The notes beneath the pieces were generated by a model that was not told the origin of the DNA, searched no databases, and worked only from the letters and a program-made list of their open reading frames with translations. 64,000 nucleotides of DNA from Amphiscolops sp. MND2022 (taxonomy: Eukaryota), in the NCBI GenBank assembly GCA_964187785.1, contig OZ076416.1, positions 45,942,001-46,006,000 of the forward strand, given 5' to 3'. This document shows, piece by piece, positions 37,001-48,654 of this stretch. Both the position numbers and the translations under genes were made by a program. Within the stretch, counting starts at the first letter, position 1, and every line of letters begins with the position of its first letter.

Positions 37001-39290
37001 AACATGCTGTGTGAAAATAGTGAAGTTTGTCATACAGTTTAATAACATGGAATAATATGGGTTGTCCTATGGGAGTCACTGAGTGAATCATTAGAATAGG
37101 AACCACACTCTACCAGTTCCAAACACAGGTATGTCGCAATCATCACTGTTTGTCTGGGTGTGAACAATTTTGAGGAAAAAGGAATTCGTGTAATTGGGCT
37201 GTTACTGATACTTCAGCAGACTATTTTTTTTGCAAAACGCTGGCATCCAGTATGATTTTACAATTCGAATGGTACGCCATGCATGAAGTCAAAAAGACAA
37301 ATGTTTTGAATTTGAGAATGTCAAAAACCCTGGAAGCATCTTTTTGTTCGTGTATTCCACACGCTTTCATGCATTTAAAGAATTAGATACAAATTAAGCC
37401 AATGCATAATAATGGGCAACTCTAGCCTTCAGCGGATTCAGGCCACTGATATATGACGTCAGAAGGATGTGGTTTTCCATTACAACATCAATCAAAACCC
37501 TAGAAACAGTCTAGGCTTTCTCCGAACCTTGAAACTGGTCACTGATTTAACTCCAAAGTCACAATGAATTCATTTACCTTGACATATGGTGATTATATTC
37601 TTTTTTCATTAGTTTTTGTTTTCAAAGAAAGTTTGCATTATTTTCTCTCTTTGTCGGGCAGGGGAACATTTTGCATGTGTTGCAATATCAAAATATGATG
37701 AGCTTTCATCATGGGACCGGAACGAGATCGGTCACCAGTTGAAACTTTGAAAGTAAGAAAACTCAGCTCATTTTACCATCTGTTATGTCAATTCTTTTCA
37801 TACATCATTCCAATGGCAAGCCGCCCAGCCCTCCTTAAAACCGCCCCTGGTGGTGTATCACAATTTTTAAACATGATATAAATGCTAGAAATGCATGCCT
37901 ACTTCCATATTATCAAATGTCGCGGTAATGAATTTCCCACTACACTCAACTCCGTTTATAACGATTACGTTTATAACGATATTCCGGTTATAGCGATAGA
38001 GTTTCACCGGCCGCGATGCTAGTATATAACGATTTTCGCCAATAACGATATTCGGATATGCTCACCTTTGGCGGCCATTATCCCGTGTGCGGGGTCGGCC
38101 CAGTTCTCTTCTTCCATTCCAGCCTGTCTATCGTCAAATCTGCCGTCAGGTTTCTCCTCTTCATGTCATCTGTTATCACCTCCATCCAGTACTTCTTTGG
38201 TCTTCCCCCTTTTCTCTTCCCTTCGATGTTGGTTTCAAAAGCCGCTCTTGAGGGATGGGTGCTTTCTCGTCTTTGCACATGCCCAAACTACCTTAGCCGC
38301 TTAGACCTCAGTCAGGACCTCATCTATTGGGTCTGTGTTTGTCGTTCTTCTTATTTCCTAGTTCCTGATCTTGTCCAGCCTCGTCTTACCACATATCCAT
38401 CTAAGCATCTTCATTTCTGCCACTGCTAGCCTTTATGGCCCATGTTTCCCCTGCGTACGTCATAGATGGCCTAATGATGGTGTGGTACAGCTTCTGCTTT
38501 TGTGGTATGTTTTTATCATAAAAGACTCCTGTGAGCTTTCTTCAGCTGTTCCAGCCTTCGTTAATGCGCGCTTTCATGTCCTCTGTGCAGTCGCCGGCAT
38601 TGCTTACTACTGATCCAAAATATTTGAAATTGGGTACTTTCTTGATCTCAGTGTCTCTTATTTTCATCGGGCAGGCTTCTTCCTCAGTCGTGAAGTGCGA
38701 TATTCGGATACAACGATTAAAAAACGCAGGTCCCCGGGCAAACGTTATAAGCGGAGTTGAGTGTATTGTTGTCATCGGTAAACCTTGAAAAACGAGATTT
38801 CTCACTATCGGTTTCAGCTTTGGTTCCGCAACAAAAAGAGAAAATAATAAGAAATTAAATCTAACTTTTGACAACTGTAGCCACATAAAGGTTTTATGGC
38901 GAAAAACGTATTGGAAGGGTTGTAAAATGATTGCGGTATTTACTACCTCTTATTTACAGGGTGACGTGTGCCTAACCTGTGCTCTGGTTGATGAATACCT
39001 CCTTCTGTTCGGGTCCGTTGCTCTGAAAGCGGTAGAAGAAAATAAGCTTCATGTCTTTTGTGCCCCCCTTCAGCTTGGGACATGTGACCGTGATGTCCTG
39101 GTGCAACAAAACCTGCACCTCTTTTGGAAACGTCGATGTGAACTGGATCGGGTTTTTGGACCCTGGAACGGAACAACATGGATGACGAAACAAACACTCC
39201 TTCACCAATAATTTTCTGACTCTTCAGTGTACTCAAACACATAATGCACTCTACAAGAGCCTCTACGGTGAAAGACATGGAAGTTATCAT
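114..39290 (-). CDS. Multi-exon Ig/FN3 single-pass membrane receptor (putative signal peptide, 1 Ig, 2 FN3, TM, cytoplasmic tail); Ihog/Boc/Cdon-like
   Basis: Ten exons (39290-39206, 39162-38977, 15741-15595, 11730-11605, 11214-11050, 10369-10083, 5522-5222, 4621-4432, 1636-1482, 1039-201 or read-through to stop at 114) join in frame at GT-AG sites with phases 1,1,1,1,1,0,1,2,1. This gives 827 codons to the donor at 200, or 855 aa to the stop at 114. Family call is by resemblance of the FN3 motifs only. Confidence 0.8.
1482..1636 (-). CDS. Transmembrane exon
   Basis: Acceptor gtgtaacag|G AAG; encodes KHGEKDNH-LVLMLVVGGCVSLILIAIIVSVSILAIY-RQR (hydrophobic run then basic stop-transfer); donor AGA G|GTGGGT. 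Confidence 0.85.
3523..3614. mobile_element. Tiny Tc1/mariner-pogo-type MITE remnant
   Basis: TA-CCCTATTTA ... TAAATACGG-TA: imperfect terminal inverted repeats flanked by TA. Confidence 0.4.
4432..4621 (-). CDS. Juxtamembrane extracellular exon
   Basis: Donor TTG GT|GTAAGT (phase 2) matches the TM exon. Start is inferred at the phase-1 acceptor cccttcctgtgcag|TA CAT and is less certain than the end. Confidence 0.6.
5222..5522 (-). CDS. Second FN3 domain, C-terminal part
   Basis: tgtttcag|TTT GAC; encodes VSGFVVQYSP...HVIQNLVPNTQYQFRIKAVG (canonical FN3 L-P-T-Y-F motif); donor ACA A|GTTAG. Confidence 0.9.
5623..5999. repeat. 185-bp direct tandem duplication
   Basis: 5623-5807 and 5815-5999 appear identical, separated by a 7-nt spacer (ttcaagc); period 192. 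Confidence 0.95.
10083..10369 (-). CDS. End of first FN3 and start of second FN3
   Basis: ttttttgcag|AC ATT; encodes GEYRILGMSKSGRSRFSE and PPVITRATALSDHSILLEWT; donor ACG|GTAAGA. Confidence 0.88.
11050..11214 (-). CDS. First FN3 domain, middle
   Basis: tatttcag|TA AAA GTA TCA TGG; encodes KVSWTVP...EFVIQMK...DWHNL; donor ATA G|GTATTC. Confidence 0.85.
11605..11730 (-). CDS. Ig-FN3 linker and start of first FN3
   Basis: gatgtttcag|GA GAT; encodes LPISRPKVSFDERHKPPL; donor TTA T|GTAAGA joins in frame to KVSW. Confidence 0.8.
15595..15741 (-). CDS. Ig domain, C-terminal half
   Basis: atgctgtttcag|GT CAG TAC; encodes GVLTIKRFDKQNEGKYSCAA (Ig E-F strand motif with second Cys); donor ATA G|GTACGT. 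Confidence 0.9.
20511..20604. repeat. Spacer-less palindrome
   Basis: Perfect 33-bp arms at 20525-20590 centred on GTG|CAC; extends 14 bp further with 2 mismatches. Confidence 0.95.
24493..25005 (-). mobile_element. Helentron-associated interspersed element (HINE/DINE-1-like), with duplicated 3' tip
   Basis: Subterminal inverted repeat AGTCGGCGCC/GCGCCGACT, partial IR (gtcgggc) near the 5' end, TT-rich ends; same family as the copies at 31259 and 34984. Confidence 0.7.
25331..25543. repeat. Long palindrome, 106-bp arms, 1-nt loop
   Basis: Centre TGACAA-G-TTGTCA at 25437; one mismatch pair (25341/25533). Confidence 0.95.
25567..25673. repeat. Palindrome, 53-bp perfect arms, 1-nt loop
   Basis: Centre GAACTT-G-AAGTTC at 25620. 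Confidence 0.95.
28510..28916. mobile_element. Mutator-like MITE with 9-bp target-site duplication
   Basis: TSD ACTCAAATC at 28510-28518 and 28908-28916; long imperfect TIRs (GG..CACGACAATTCGTACA / TGTACGAATTGTCGTG..CC) built from repeated CGACATTTCGTAC units. Confidence 0.75.
29068..29132. repeat. Palindrome, 32-bp perfect arms, 1-nt loop
   Basis: Centre CTTTAGA-C-TCTAAAG at 29100. Confidence 0.95.
29290..29995 (-). mobile_element. Diverged HINE-like copy
   Basis: Shares cagtgccga(a/c)aaa core units and the terminal agtcg...aagcgccgact-gaaaa structure; the left boundary is approximate. Confidence 0.45.
31259..32313 (-). mobile_element. Head-to-tail HINE dimer plus duplicated 60-bp terminus
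   Basis: Units start at 31259 and 31730 with aacaagacgggaacgtcccaagtcggcgcc (stem-loop plus subTIR); 32191-32250 is repeated at 32251-32310 with 2 differences. Confidence 0.75.
32841..33597. mobile_element. Foldback/Mutator-like MITE with nested inverted repeats
   Basis: Outer IR TTTTCGCCCC...TTCGCCCCTTAAC vs GTTAAGGGGCGAA...GGGGCGAAAA; inner IR GGACCATGTGTTCAATCCCCCC vs GGGGGGATTGAACACATGGTCC; carries an inverted copy of the internal module of the 28519 MITE. No clean TSD. Confidence 0.55.
34984..35754 (+). mobile_element. HINE copy (plus strand) and a second partial 3' end
   Basis: ttttagtcggcgc ... gatatggcgccgacttgggcccgtcccggcttgtt ends at 35554; a second 3' tip ends at 35754. Confidence 0.7.
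37941..38765. mobile_element. pogo/Tigger-type MITE (about 169 bp) split by a LINE insertion
   Basis: TA-CACTCAACTCCGTTTATAACG ... CGTTATAAGCGGAGTTGAGTG-TA: TIRs with TA target duplication. Confidence 0.85.
38059..38697 (-). mobile_element. 5'-truncated RTE-clade LINE
   Basis: Encodes FKYFGSVVSNAG...KARI and GKRKGGRPKKYW (RTE-type C-terminus); flanked by the 13-bp duplication CGATATTCGGATA at 38046-38058 and 38698-38710. Confidence 0.85.
38977..39162 (-). CDS. Ig domain, N-terminal half
   Basis: ttccgttccag|GG TCC; encodes FTSTFPKEVQVLLHQDITVTCPKLKGG (first Ig Cys); donor ACA G|GTTAGG, phase 1, joins the exon at 15741 to complete one Ig domain. Confidence 0.8.
39206..39290 (-). CDS. Probable first coding exon (signal-peptide-like)
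   Basis: ATG at 39290, 28 codons MITSMSFTVEALVECIMCLSTLKSQKII, donor ATT G|GTGAAG, 43-nt intron, phase compatible. Hydrophobicity is only moderate. Confidence 0.55.
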
Positions 39291-42200
39291 CTTAAACTGA
39301 ACAAGTTGTTTGAGAAAAGAAGTGTGCACTTAACGTTTTTCAAAGGGTGAAAATTTGTTGCAATTACGAGAGAAGTACGTAAACTGTCATCCAACGCTAG
39401 CTCAACGTCTGAGCTGTAAATTACAAGCATTTAAACCGTGTTTCTTTTCAAAGAGGCTTCCATTAGTTTTTTTTTAAATCAGAAAAATGTCTCATTTTCT
39501 TTTGAACAATAGTTTTTCTAGACAGAATCAACAGTAATGATCAAATGTAATGAAAGTATAATTAAAATGATTAAAAGACGCTTCTTGGGCCACGTCAATT
39601 TCATGGATGCCTCAATGTGTTCACAAGCAAACGACTATCACATTGAAATAGCTAATCCTGGGGTCCCAACGCGAAGCCCTGTAACCTTGATTAATAAAGA
39701 TGTCAATATTAATTATCAGGGATTATATTTATCTCCCTCCTTAATTTATGCCCCAACACCTTAATTGTAATTGTTTTCGACAAATCCTACTGGGTAATAA
39801 AATAAACCCGGGCAGTACACTGTTTATAAAACGTGTAAGACTCACGTTCCCAAGCAAGAGTGGGGTAACAACAACAGATAAACAAAATAAACAGTTTGAG
39901 CATGTCCATTGCGAAAGGATTGCAGTTGCGATGCTTCAGGGACAGGGAAGGTCTTGGTTGGCTGTTATTTGTGATGACGTCACTCTTGTGGTCAGCTGAA
40001 TTTTTTGGAGAACTGAAAGAGGGACTATCTGCAGAAAACGATGGAGATGATAAACACTTTCTTCCAAACTGCTTCAAAAACGGAAGCTTGACACAAAGTT
40101 TAGTCAGATGACAAATTAAGTGGTTTCCACGTCGTAATTGGCAGCAAAGATCGGCTTCTTGGATTCGGCTGTGAGAAGGACTGAAACAATAACAAGAAAC
40201 AGTAGTCGCCTTCATTGTTTGACCTCTCAAAATCAAAGATGAAACAGTGAAATCTTAGGACCAGAGTTTGAGTTGCTTAACGAGGGCCCGAAACTTTATA
40301 ACTGACTGTGTTTATGACTTAAGTTCGAGGCACAATAGATACGGTGACGATGAATAAAGTGGCATCAGTTGAGAGCTCGATCAGGTGTGGGTTTAAGATC
40401 GTTTTGGTTGATCACGCAAGCTTGGGCGAATTCAAAGATTAGAGATAGATCTCGTTAGATAGCTTTCAAAAGATCCAAACTTCAATCAAGCCAACGTCCG
40501 CCGGTAATCATCTGAAAGCTGAGTTTCAAACTGGGTTAATTTATGCTCTTTAAACTGTTTGTGCTCTTTGAACGCGGCCGCCGCTGATTTAGAATCCAAA
40601 CTAACAGACTTTCAGATCCAACATTTCGAGTTAGATGCTTTGTATGCACAGCTTAAAAGCACCGTTTGTTTATAAGTTTGCAAACTTACGACTGTAAACC
40701 AAGTCCCTGAAGTTTAAACCATAAGAGCTTCCCGGTCGCCTCTCGTGGTAAGGAGTTTCAACACCCCTGTAAGTTTAGGGATTCAATTTTAAACAAAACA
40801 TAATCCCGCTCAACAATGACTAATTCACTATAAAACATCCTTCAACATTCAACACTAAAGACAAGGAAACAAGCTTTAAGTTACTATAAAATTGGAGGAC
40901 TCGAAACACCGAAAATCGATTAGTGTAATGGTACAAGATGGTGTCCTAAATCGATCCCCTTTCACAGATTTTACCACCCCTGGTTAAGTTTTCTACCGGT
41001 AGCTGTAGGCATGTCAGTCTAAACATTCTACAAAATAGAGTTCCCGCGGATTCGAAGAAAAGATTTTAAAAAGAGCACTCGAGTTACCTGCAAAGGAGTT
41101 TCCGGCTCACCGGAGGTTAAAAGACTTGGTGGTAAAGTCGGGAAACTTCCAACCGATTCAAGGAAGTTAATTATCCCAAGTAAAAGTCTCCCCAGAGCAA
41201 ATCAATGTGCCGAAATGCGAATTTGTGCCCAATTTATGGAAAAAAAAATTGGTAAGGAATACCTTAGTGGTAGAGAAGTCCTATCCAAGTGAAATGGCGT
41301 TTTTTTCGTGTAATTGTTAGATACTTAATTGATAATTGTATCACAAATTTTTGGTGGAATCAAAGAAAGTCAGATCGTGATAAAAGTTTGTATCAGGATA
41401 TAATTTTACTTTAATGATATAAAATTGAAGATCACTCGTAAGTTCGGGTTTGAACTAGGGGTAAATACTCCTTTTCAAGCGAAAGCGGCGCTAAATCAAG
41501 AATAATTCATTCTGAATCGAGGCGGGCGGTGTGACAATTCGTTTCTACTACAACGGCTGCGTAAATCTCATCGGATTAGCCAATCATATTTGAGCTTCAG
41601 AATTCAGTTTATTGCCGCGGCGGCTGCCATTCCGATGAATTTAGAAAATCAGACTACAAATTTGGATGGTGTATTTCTATAGCGTTGGTGTTTATTCTCC
41701 GGATGTATTTACATGCTCTTGCAACGCGCATTTGATGTTAAATTATCCTTGGTATGATTATGAAGAGAAGGATATAAGGAGCCGGGGAGAGGGGAAAAAG
41801 AATATTGATGCACCTGCAAATCCAGGCGGCTCAATGAATTTCGGATGATGGTATTCTTTCCGATGACTAATACGCCGTTTTTTATTCAAAAGCAAGGCCA
41901 AAACGTAAGCGTGTTCCTCCCAAAAAAGCCAGCGAAATAGGTATGAACTATTAGTTAATACTCTTCCCTTGAATAAAATTTCATGCTTAGATGTAAAGGT
42001 TTTGCATTTTCTGAGTATCGATGGATTCATTTTTCCAGATTCCTTCTATGAGCACTTTGAGGGACCGAAAAAATTGGAAAAAAACATGCAGTAACTTAAT
42101 TTTGGAAAAAAAAAACATTTTCGTATTCATTACAGCTGAAAATTTTTCGGAGCATGTGTCTTATCTTCCCTTGTTTCTTAATTTCCCCCTGCCGCAGCTG

Positions 42201-42299
42201 TGTGGGAACTAAACACATGGTCCTTTTTTCTGTGATTGAAGAAAGCGAAATCAACAGCTGCTGGTGCTAGTTTCTGATCTCGTTATCGGCGAGATGTCC

Positions 42300-43585
42300 A
42301 AGTATCACCACCTAATTCCTTCACCCGCTAAAACGATCAAAACTGCTGGAAAATACAAGTTGTTTCGCGTTGACGTCTCCAAAAATAACAGGTTTCGTAG
42401 TCTGCGCAAAGATATAGCATAGGCAAAGGAATCAGAAAAAACCCTAGGTTTCAGGCGCTGGTATTTTCGATTTGAATTTTCAGTTTCAGACGTCGATTCT
42501 GATGCGATTTCGTTTTTTTTTGTTTCGCGTTCGCGCGCACCCTCAGCAACATCCCCAACGCCTCCATGGGATTTGTGGAATTCTCGAAAGAGACTTCGCA
42601 GAAGGTGAATGGGCAAACACTTCGACTAGGGGAAATATTTTACATTGAGATGAATGTAGTTTTTAATGGTGCTATAATTACATCTCCCTCAGTTATATCA
42701 TATTGTAAGAACCTAGGTCTGCCTCGTCTCTCAAGTCAAAGGCAGATCTAGAGCCCTTTCTTGTTAAGTTTCATTAGGACTCACCCGGCCAATCGCCTAG
42801 GCCCTGATGACAAGTGGACGTATTCGTCCCAAATTCGTTCTCTCTTGAAGACAGGTATTCCACTACATTCTGTATCTCTGGGATCACTCTATTATTGATT
42901 GCAGATTTAATCACTCTTTATCTGCGCTTGCAGGTTGTTCATGAGTGAATCGATCACTTGAGATAACCTGAGATTCTTTTCCCTGATAACATTTCCTTAG
43001 ACACCAAGAACCTATCTGGCCCAGTGGTCTCACCGTACACCCAAGGTTTCTTGTCTCAATTCGGTTCATGGATTCACTTTATAGGTAAAAATAGCCTCGG
43101 GTCACTATGGCCCAGAGAGTCGTTTATTACGTTTTCCGTTTTCCAAATCCCTTTTTATCGGAAAAGAATTGTTTCCACCAAGCATAATGTTCATGTTTTC
43201 ATAATTGGACATCATGTCGTTAATTCTAGAACGTCTAGCTCGGGCTTTCTGTTCCCTCAAAAAAGGCAATGAAAGAAACATCAGGAGAATAATAAAGAAT
43301 TGTTCCTGATTTACTCTGGTTGATATTTCAAACAATTCAAACAACAGTAATAGCAGCAAAGTTTTGTGATTTACATTTCTTTAAAACATTGATTGTCCTG
43401 GGCGGAAAGTGTCCTTCCAGAACAACAATCGCATCGAACCTCTTGTCGACACCATCAGCAGTGATTGCTATGAGGACTGGCGCGATTGTTTTGACCTTTA
43501 GTTTGTGGGCTAGCTTGGTCTCATCGTTTCTAGTGAAATGTGGTAATGGTCTCAAAGCTATCGTGAGATTGGCATTGCAGCCTAG
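42300..43585 (-). mobile_element. Degenerate Gypsy fragment (gag N-terminus-like; element C)
   Basis: Broken frames (RRSRINDMMSNYENMNIMLGG; QVIDSLMNNLQAQI) resemble a gag N-terminus; a possible LTR edge lies near 42704. Boundaries are approximate. Confidence 0.4.
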
Positions 43586-43609
43586 TTCCTCTTTTAATTT
43601 CGCTTAATG

Positions 43610-46426
43610 TGAGGCTTGGACGTGCTTTTTGTTCTGCCGATAAGAGTAAGCGAATGGAACTCAAAGTTTCAGTACAGTCAGGTACTGGGGCTTCAAGCGT
43701 CGTTAGGATCTGTTCTTCACCGCAAGTCGCGACCACAGGACGCGAGGGGCCTACCTCTTCCGATGTTGAAATCACACGTATCTGCTAGTCGGGATCAGCG
43801 AAATCTGCGGAGTTCGTGACAGGCGTACCACGCCGCTTTTACCTGTTCTTCTGTTGCTGCATTTTCAGGCACCATGCATTCAGTTGCCACGTCGCCTGTA
43901 CGACCGGAATACCGCTGTTCCTTGTTCCGGTAAAGCCGCGGGCACAATATCATCTTTCATGCCACGAGGCTTTGATGGGCAAATCCATTCACCTGCTGTG
44001 TTCATACGACACGAGTTAATTGCTTGTTGCACCTGTTTCCGTGCTCGGCCCTTCAGAGGGCAGTCAGCTACGAAATGTGACGGATCGCCACTATTGAAAC
44101 ATGCTCGCTGCGGTTGCTGTCTGTAATCCGCAGGCTGCTGTGGAGGTTGCTGAACGTTAAACGCTTGGAGAACTGCTGCCGGTATGGGTTTTTTCGGTTT
44201 GTAAGTAAAGGCTGTTGCTGCTGCTACTGCTGCTGCTGGGGTGCTGGATAATTCTCGTAGCGGGCAGGGCTGCGCATGCGCAAGTACTGTTGTACCGTGG
44301 ACCGTAGTGCTTCCACAGTTGGAGGTGTATCCACGTACTGTTCATGTGCGTACATGAGTGCGAGATTTCGCTTCCACTCAAAGCTGCGTATCTCTTCGAT
44401 GAATCTCTGCATGATCTCGTTAGAAAAACCTTGACTGGGCAAACCTTCCAGTGCGTCAAGTTATTGCATATAATTTTCGTCGTTTGACTGATTCGTGCCG
44501 AACTGCTGTTGTATTTGGATCCTGTTCGAAATCGACGCGCCAGTAGCGCGAAGACTTTTTCATCCGTGTCGCGTTCAGGCTCTGACTTGTTTGTAATATA
44601 GTTTCGTGCTCATTCTCTAGGAACTCAATGATCGTCCATGCTCTGTGTAGTGAAGTACCCTTTGTATGTGCTTTCTCTAAGTAACGTTTCATGAGCATTA
44701 GTCAACCATTTACTATCCCGTCGCACATACCGCAGTTTTTGGTAGGTTTATTTTTTGTTTCTTTTGCCGCGAGCAGCTGTTCCAAACCTTTGAACATCGC
44801 AGTGGTTATCGCTTCGGCTAACGTTTGACTGTGCATCGCGTTCGGTGTTTTGTCTTTTGCAACTCCACCTACTGTCCCTCATTTTAGACTCCTTTTGGAA
44901 GTAGTTTTTCGTTGCGTACTAGAGGCCAACAGACTTAGTTGGTCGTTGCTGGAGTAAAGCGCTGGGTGCTCTGTGCCAGTGTTCAATGAGACGGCAGTTT
45001 GATACTCAGTGTCTCCCGTTGCTGTCCTCACGTCACTGGTCATTTGGCCACTGGCCGCCGAGTAGTAATATCCAGTCGTCGAAGCACCTCTAGCATGGGG
45101 ATCGAATGACGGAGGGCCGGATACTTCACAGCGCTTCAACTCCGTTTGAATACCTGTTGTGGTTCGGGCTTCCACGGGCACCCTCTTGTACGTTGCAGGT
45201 AGTTGCAAATTTGGCTGTTTTATTTGGTGGGTCTTTGTCCCGCTCTGGCGCTGAACTACTTTTCTATAGGTGGGTTGCTGAGCTGGAAATGCCCTCGTGG
45301 ATGGTTCATTCGCAGCGTTTAGTGCCACTGGCACAGGTGAAGGACGACTTGGTACCGTCGCCACTACAACTTTTTGCATGGGGTACGCCATGCGCTTGTC
45401 GACATCCATTTCTCTGCGATGCATCGTTTCTGACATGAACTTCAGACGTTCATCGGCTTGTCGATCTTTTTGTGCCATTATTGCCGTAATTTCCGAAATG
45501 CGCTTTTCAGTTAGACCTTTGACTGATGCCACTGTCGTTTCTAGCTTGCCATGGTTGATGCGCCCTTCCATCTTTATTTCTATCAATTCTCTCCTTAGTT
45601 CTTCCACTTCTTTCACCAAGACTTCCGCTCGCTGATCATGGTCGTTATTTTCTTAGGCTTATCTTGCCTGGATCTGTTTCAACTGCGCCATACTCCGTCT
45701 AAAGTCTTCCCTTATGGATTAAGTCTCACTGATGCCTCTTGTAACGGTCGATTTTGGGGACGCCATGCTATCTGAGCCTGAAGGTTGGGAAGTTACCGTG
45801 CGTTCTAGTTGTAGTGCACTCGGACCTAACAAAAGTGGTGTGGTGAAGGTATAATTCTGGAGACTCACCTCTGTTCTTGTCTTCCGCTTTCCCAGCCGGT
45901 TTTCTGAAGGAGTTACTGTGGTGTCAGCAATTGCGTGCGTTTCTGGTAGCACTAAACACTGGAACTCCGGAACCCAGCGAGTCCGCTCTTATGCTCAACT
46001 GTAGTGTAATCTCTCCTACCTACATTCATGTTCTCTACCCATTCTTTGAGGTTCGAACTGGTAGCTTGTTCTCTATTTGAGTTTGGCCAGTCCCCCAAAG
46101 CAATCACGGAGGCTTCTAGAGGAGGCACTGTCACAGTTTATGGGAGTGCCGCTTGCAAGATCAGCGCTATCCACGGAGGCTCGCGAGGGTTTTGGCTGGC
46201 TGAAGTGCGCCATTTGCAAATTTTGCTAGGCATTAGATACATTATCTGACATGATGTCTGAAAACATGCTTGCAATCATTTCATCCAAAGAAACGTTTCC
46301 AGCTGGTATAATGAGCCTCGACAACACTTCTACATCACTTGCGAATGGGTTGGTGGCATGAAAGCCATTAGACTTCCAAGACAATTCATTCAAAGATCTC
46401 AGATACTCCCACTCACTCAAACTCAT
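43610..46426 (-). pseudogene. Decayed gag of element B
   Basis: Consecutive minus-strand ORF fragments (46226-46426, 45952-46134, 45719-45952, 44879-45619, 44456-44698, 44224-44442); knuckle CFNSGDPSHFVADC at 44060-44102 with the second Cys mutated to Ser. Confidence 0.7.
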
Positions 46427-48654
46427 TGTTTATCACTTGCTTTCACTTCAAAACGACTAAACTTTTTTGTCTTTCTCGTACCTCACTCACTCCTTCCCTT
46501 CCAGAAAATTGAAACTAAAGATCACAGAATGGAAGTTTTGGTATTACTCCCTCTAATACTCAAACTGTACTACTGTACCACCACGTTCTGGAGCTTGCAG
46601 CTCGTGATTGCCATCTAGGTTCTAAATCAAAAATAGTTGGCCCACAAAGTACAGAATCCAGATTACATGCACTGGCACTAACAACCGCTAATCAAACAAA
46701 AAGTTTTTCTACGAAATTGAAAATTAGTTTTTTTTGAAGTACTGCTATGTAAGGCTACCAAGGTTAACTCACACTAATCTACGTTTTGTCCAGCCACAGG
46801 CTATGCGGTTGGAGCGAACAGAAAGGTTTTGGCGCTCTCAGAAAGTTTCATAGTGCCTATTAGAGAAATCGCCACACGTTATTCCCTGAGCGTACGCCAT
46901 GTCACTCGCACGGCCCTATAGTTAGAGAGCACAAGTGGGGTTACCACAAAAAAGGGACTGTTGGGCTAAATGGATTGTGCGTGACTTGTGGTTGCCTAAC
47001 AATGTTGTCCGGAAAATCGACTATGTTGTAAAATCCACACAAGTCTGTCATACTCGCTTTCTAGACTTCCAGGCTGCCTGAAATTTTGTATGCGAGCGTG
47101 AGTAACAGAAAAACAATATAGTGGGGGCCCAGGTCAATATTCTGCAATCCGAGTTGACAAAACTATTATGTACCCTATATGTCACTTTTTCGGGTCTAAA
47201 TCCACAAAAAAGTTAATTTCTCCAAGTTGGACAGTAGCAAGCTGCTCAAATTGCACAGATTGTCGGTATCTAGTACCGGACGTACGAAAATGCAAGAATT
47301 TTAGTGCTGGGATACCTGCAAGGTATTGCATAATGCTCAACTAAAATTCGATTTTTTTTCGACAATTTCGTACAATTTTTGAGCCAAACTGCGGCTCAGA
47401 TTTCTCAAATTACTAGTAATGGTAGCGCTACAAAGCTTACACCACTAACGTACCTTTTGCAGTCGACACGATGGTGCAATTTGTTTGCTGCTACTTCTAC
47501 TAGGAGAGATATCGACCTGTCTCAGGTACACTACTCCAGTGTTCCGAAGTTTTCACTAAAATAACACATTTTTGGCTATTTCTGGGCAACTGCTGGTTGG
47601 AACCACTCGCAGTTTTCTGCGTTCGCAACGTTATATGCTATGCTAACCGAAAGTAGGCAAGCGAAACCTGGCTTGTTCCAAATAAGGTCTCTCAAACAAT
47701 TTCCATGTTACACCTTTTACACACTGGGAACCAAAGGAAAAATACGTATTTTTCCTAAGATCTTTTCATTTCTCGGTTCGCAGATGTTCGGGATAGTTGT
47801 AAAAGTAACGTAATAAGGTGTAACAACTTTATTCAGGGGACTTGGGTTGTTTCAATCATTAGTTTTTATGTTATAACTCTCAGGTCTTCGGGGTCCTCTA
47901 CTCAGGTCTATGTATATCCAAACAAAGAAGCTGTTAAAATACGAATTTATATTGGGGAAGGCTAAAAATCGTTTTGGCAGTTGTGTTTTGTACTACCAAG
48001 CTCGGGAAAAAGGCCTAGTGGAAGGTCTTTATTGCATTCCCACTGGCCGTACTCCTTTCTATATTCTTTTGACTTTCAAAATCGATAAAGTCTACTTTTG
48101 CGCTATAAAGGGCAGTATAATCAAAGTTATCGCGCTCAAATTTTGTAACAACTGGTCTGAATACCGCAGGGTATTTTTCCTAGTTAGTTTACGTGAGAAT
48201 AGGCCTGGGAATATGCTTTTTAAACCAGAAAATACGATAGGAAGCGATGTAACCCGAAGGACGTGGTGCTGCGGCTATCAATAGGGGATGGGAGGTGTGA
48301 TCGTGAAGGACGTCACGTTTTCGTGCCAGCTAGCGGGAACCCTCACTGCACGTCCTCACGGTCCCCATACATGCAATGGAGCTACAAAACCCTTTCAAAC
48401 AAAATTCGGTTAGGCCGGATGGTTAATTTCAACAAACAGAAACGGTATCTAAACGGTATTTTGCAAAAAATTGGCTATTTCTCATTTCAGACCGCGGAAA
48501 TACGCAGAAAACGCAAGAATTCCGTAAGAAGAAATCCTACAAAGCTTGACAAACGCACTAAAAACTTTCTAGGACTCTCCAATAAGTTTTCCTAGATCCG
48601 GACTTAAGGCCGGAAAGCAGGAAAAACTTCTACTATGACGAAAAGATGGAAAAA

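Noticed and set aside
39896-42030. Coding-like fragments and CCAAT/GC-box-like motifs upstream of the receptor gene
   Set aside because: Cannot distinguish promoter from decayed TE by sequence alone; no supportable call.
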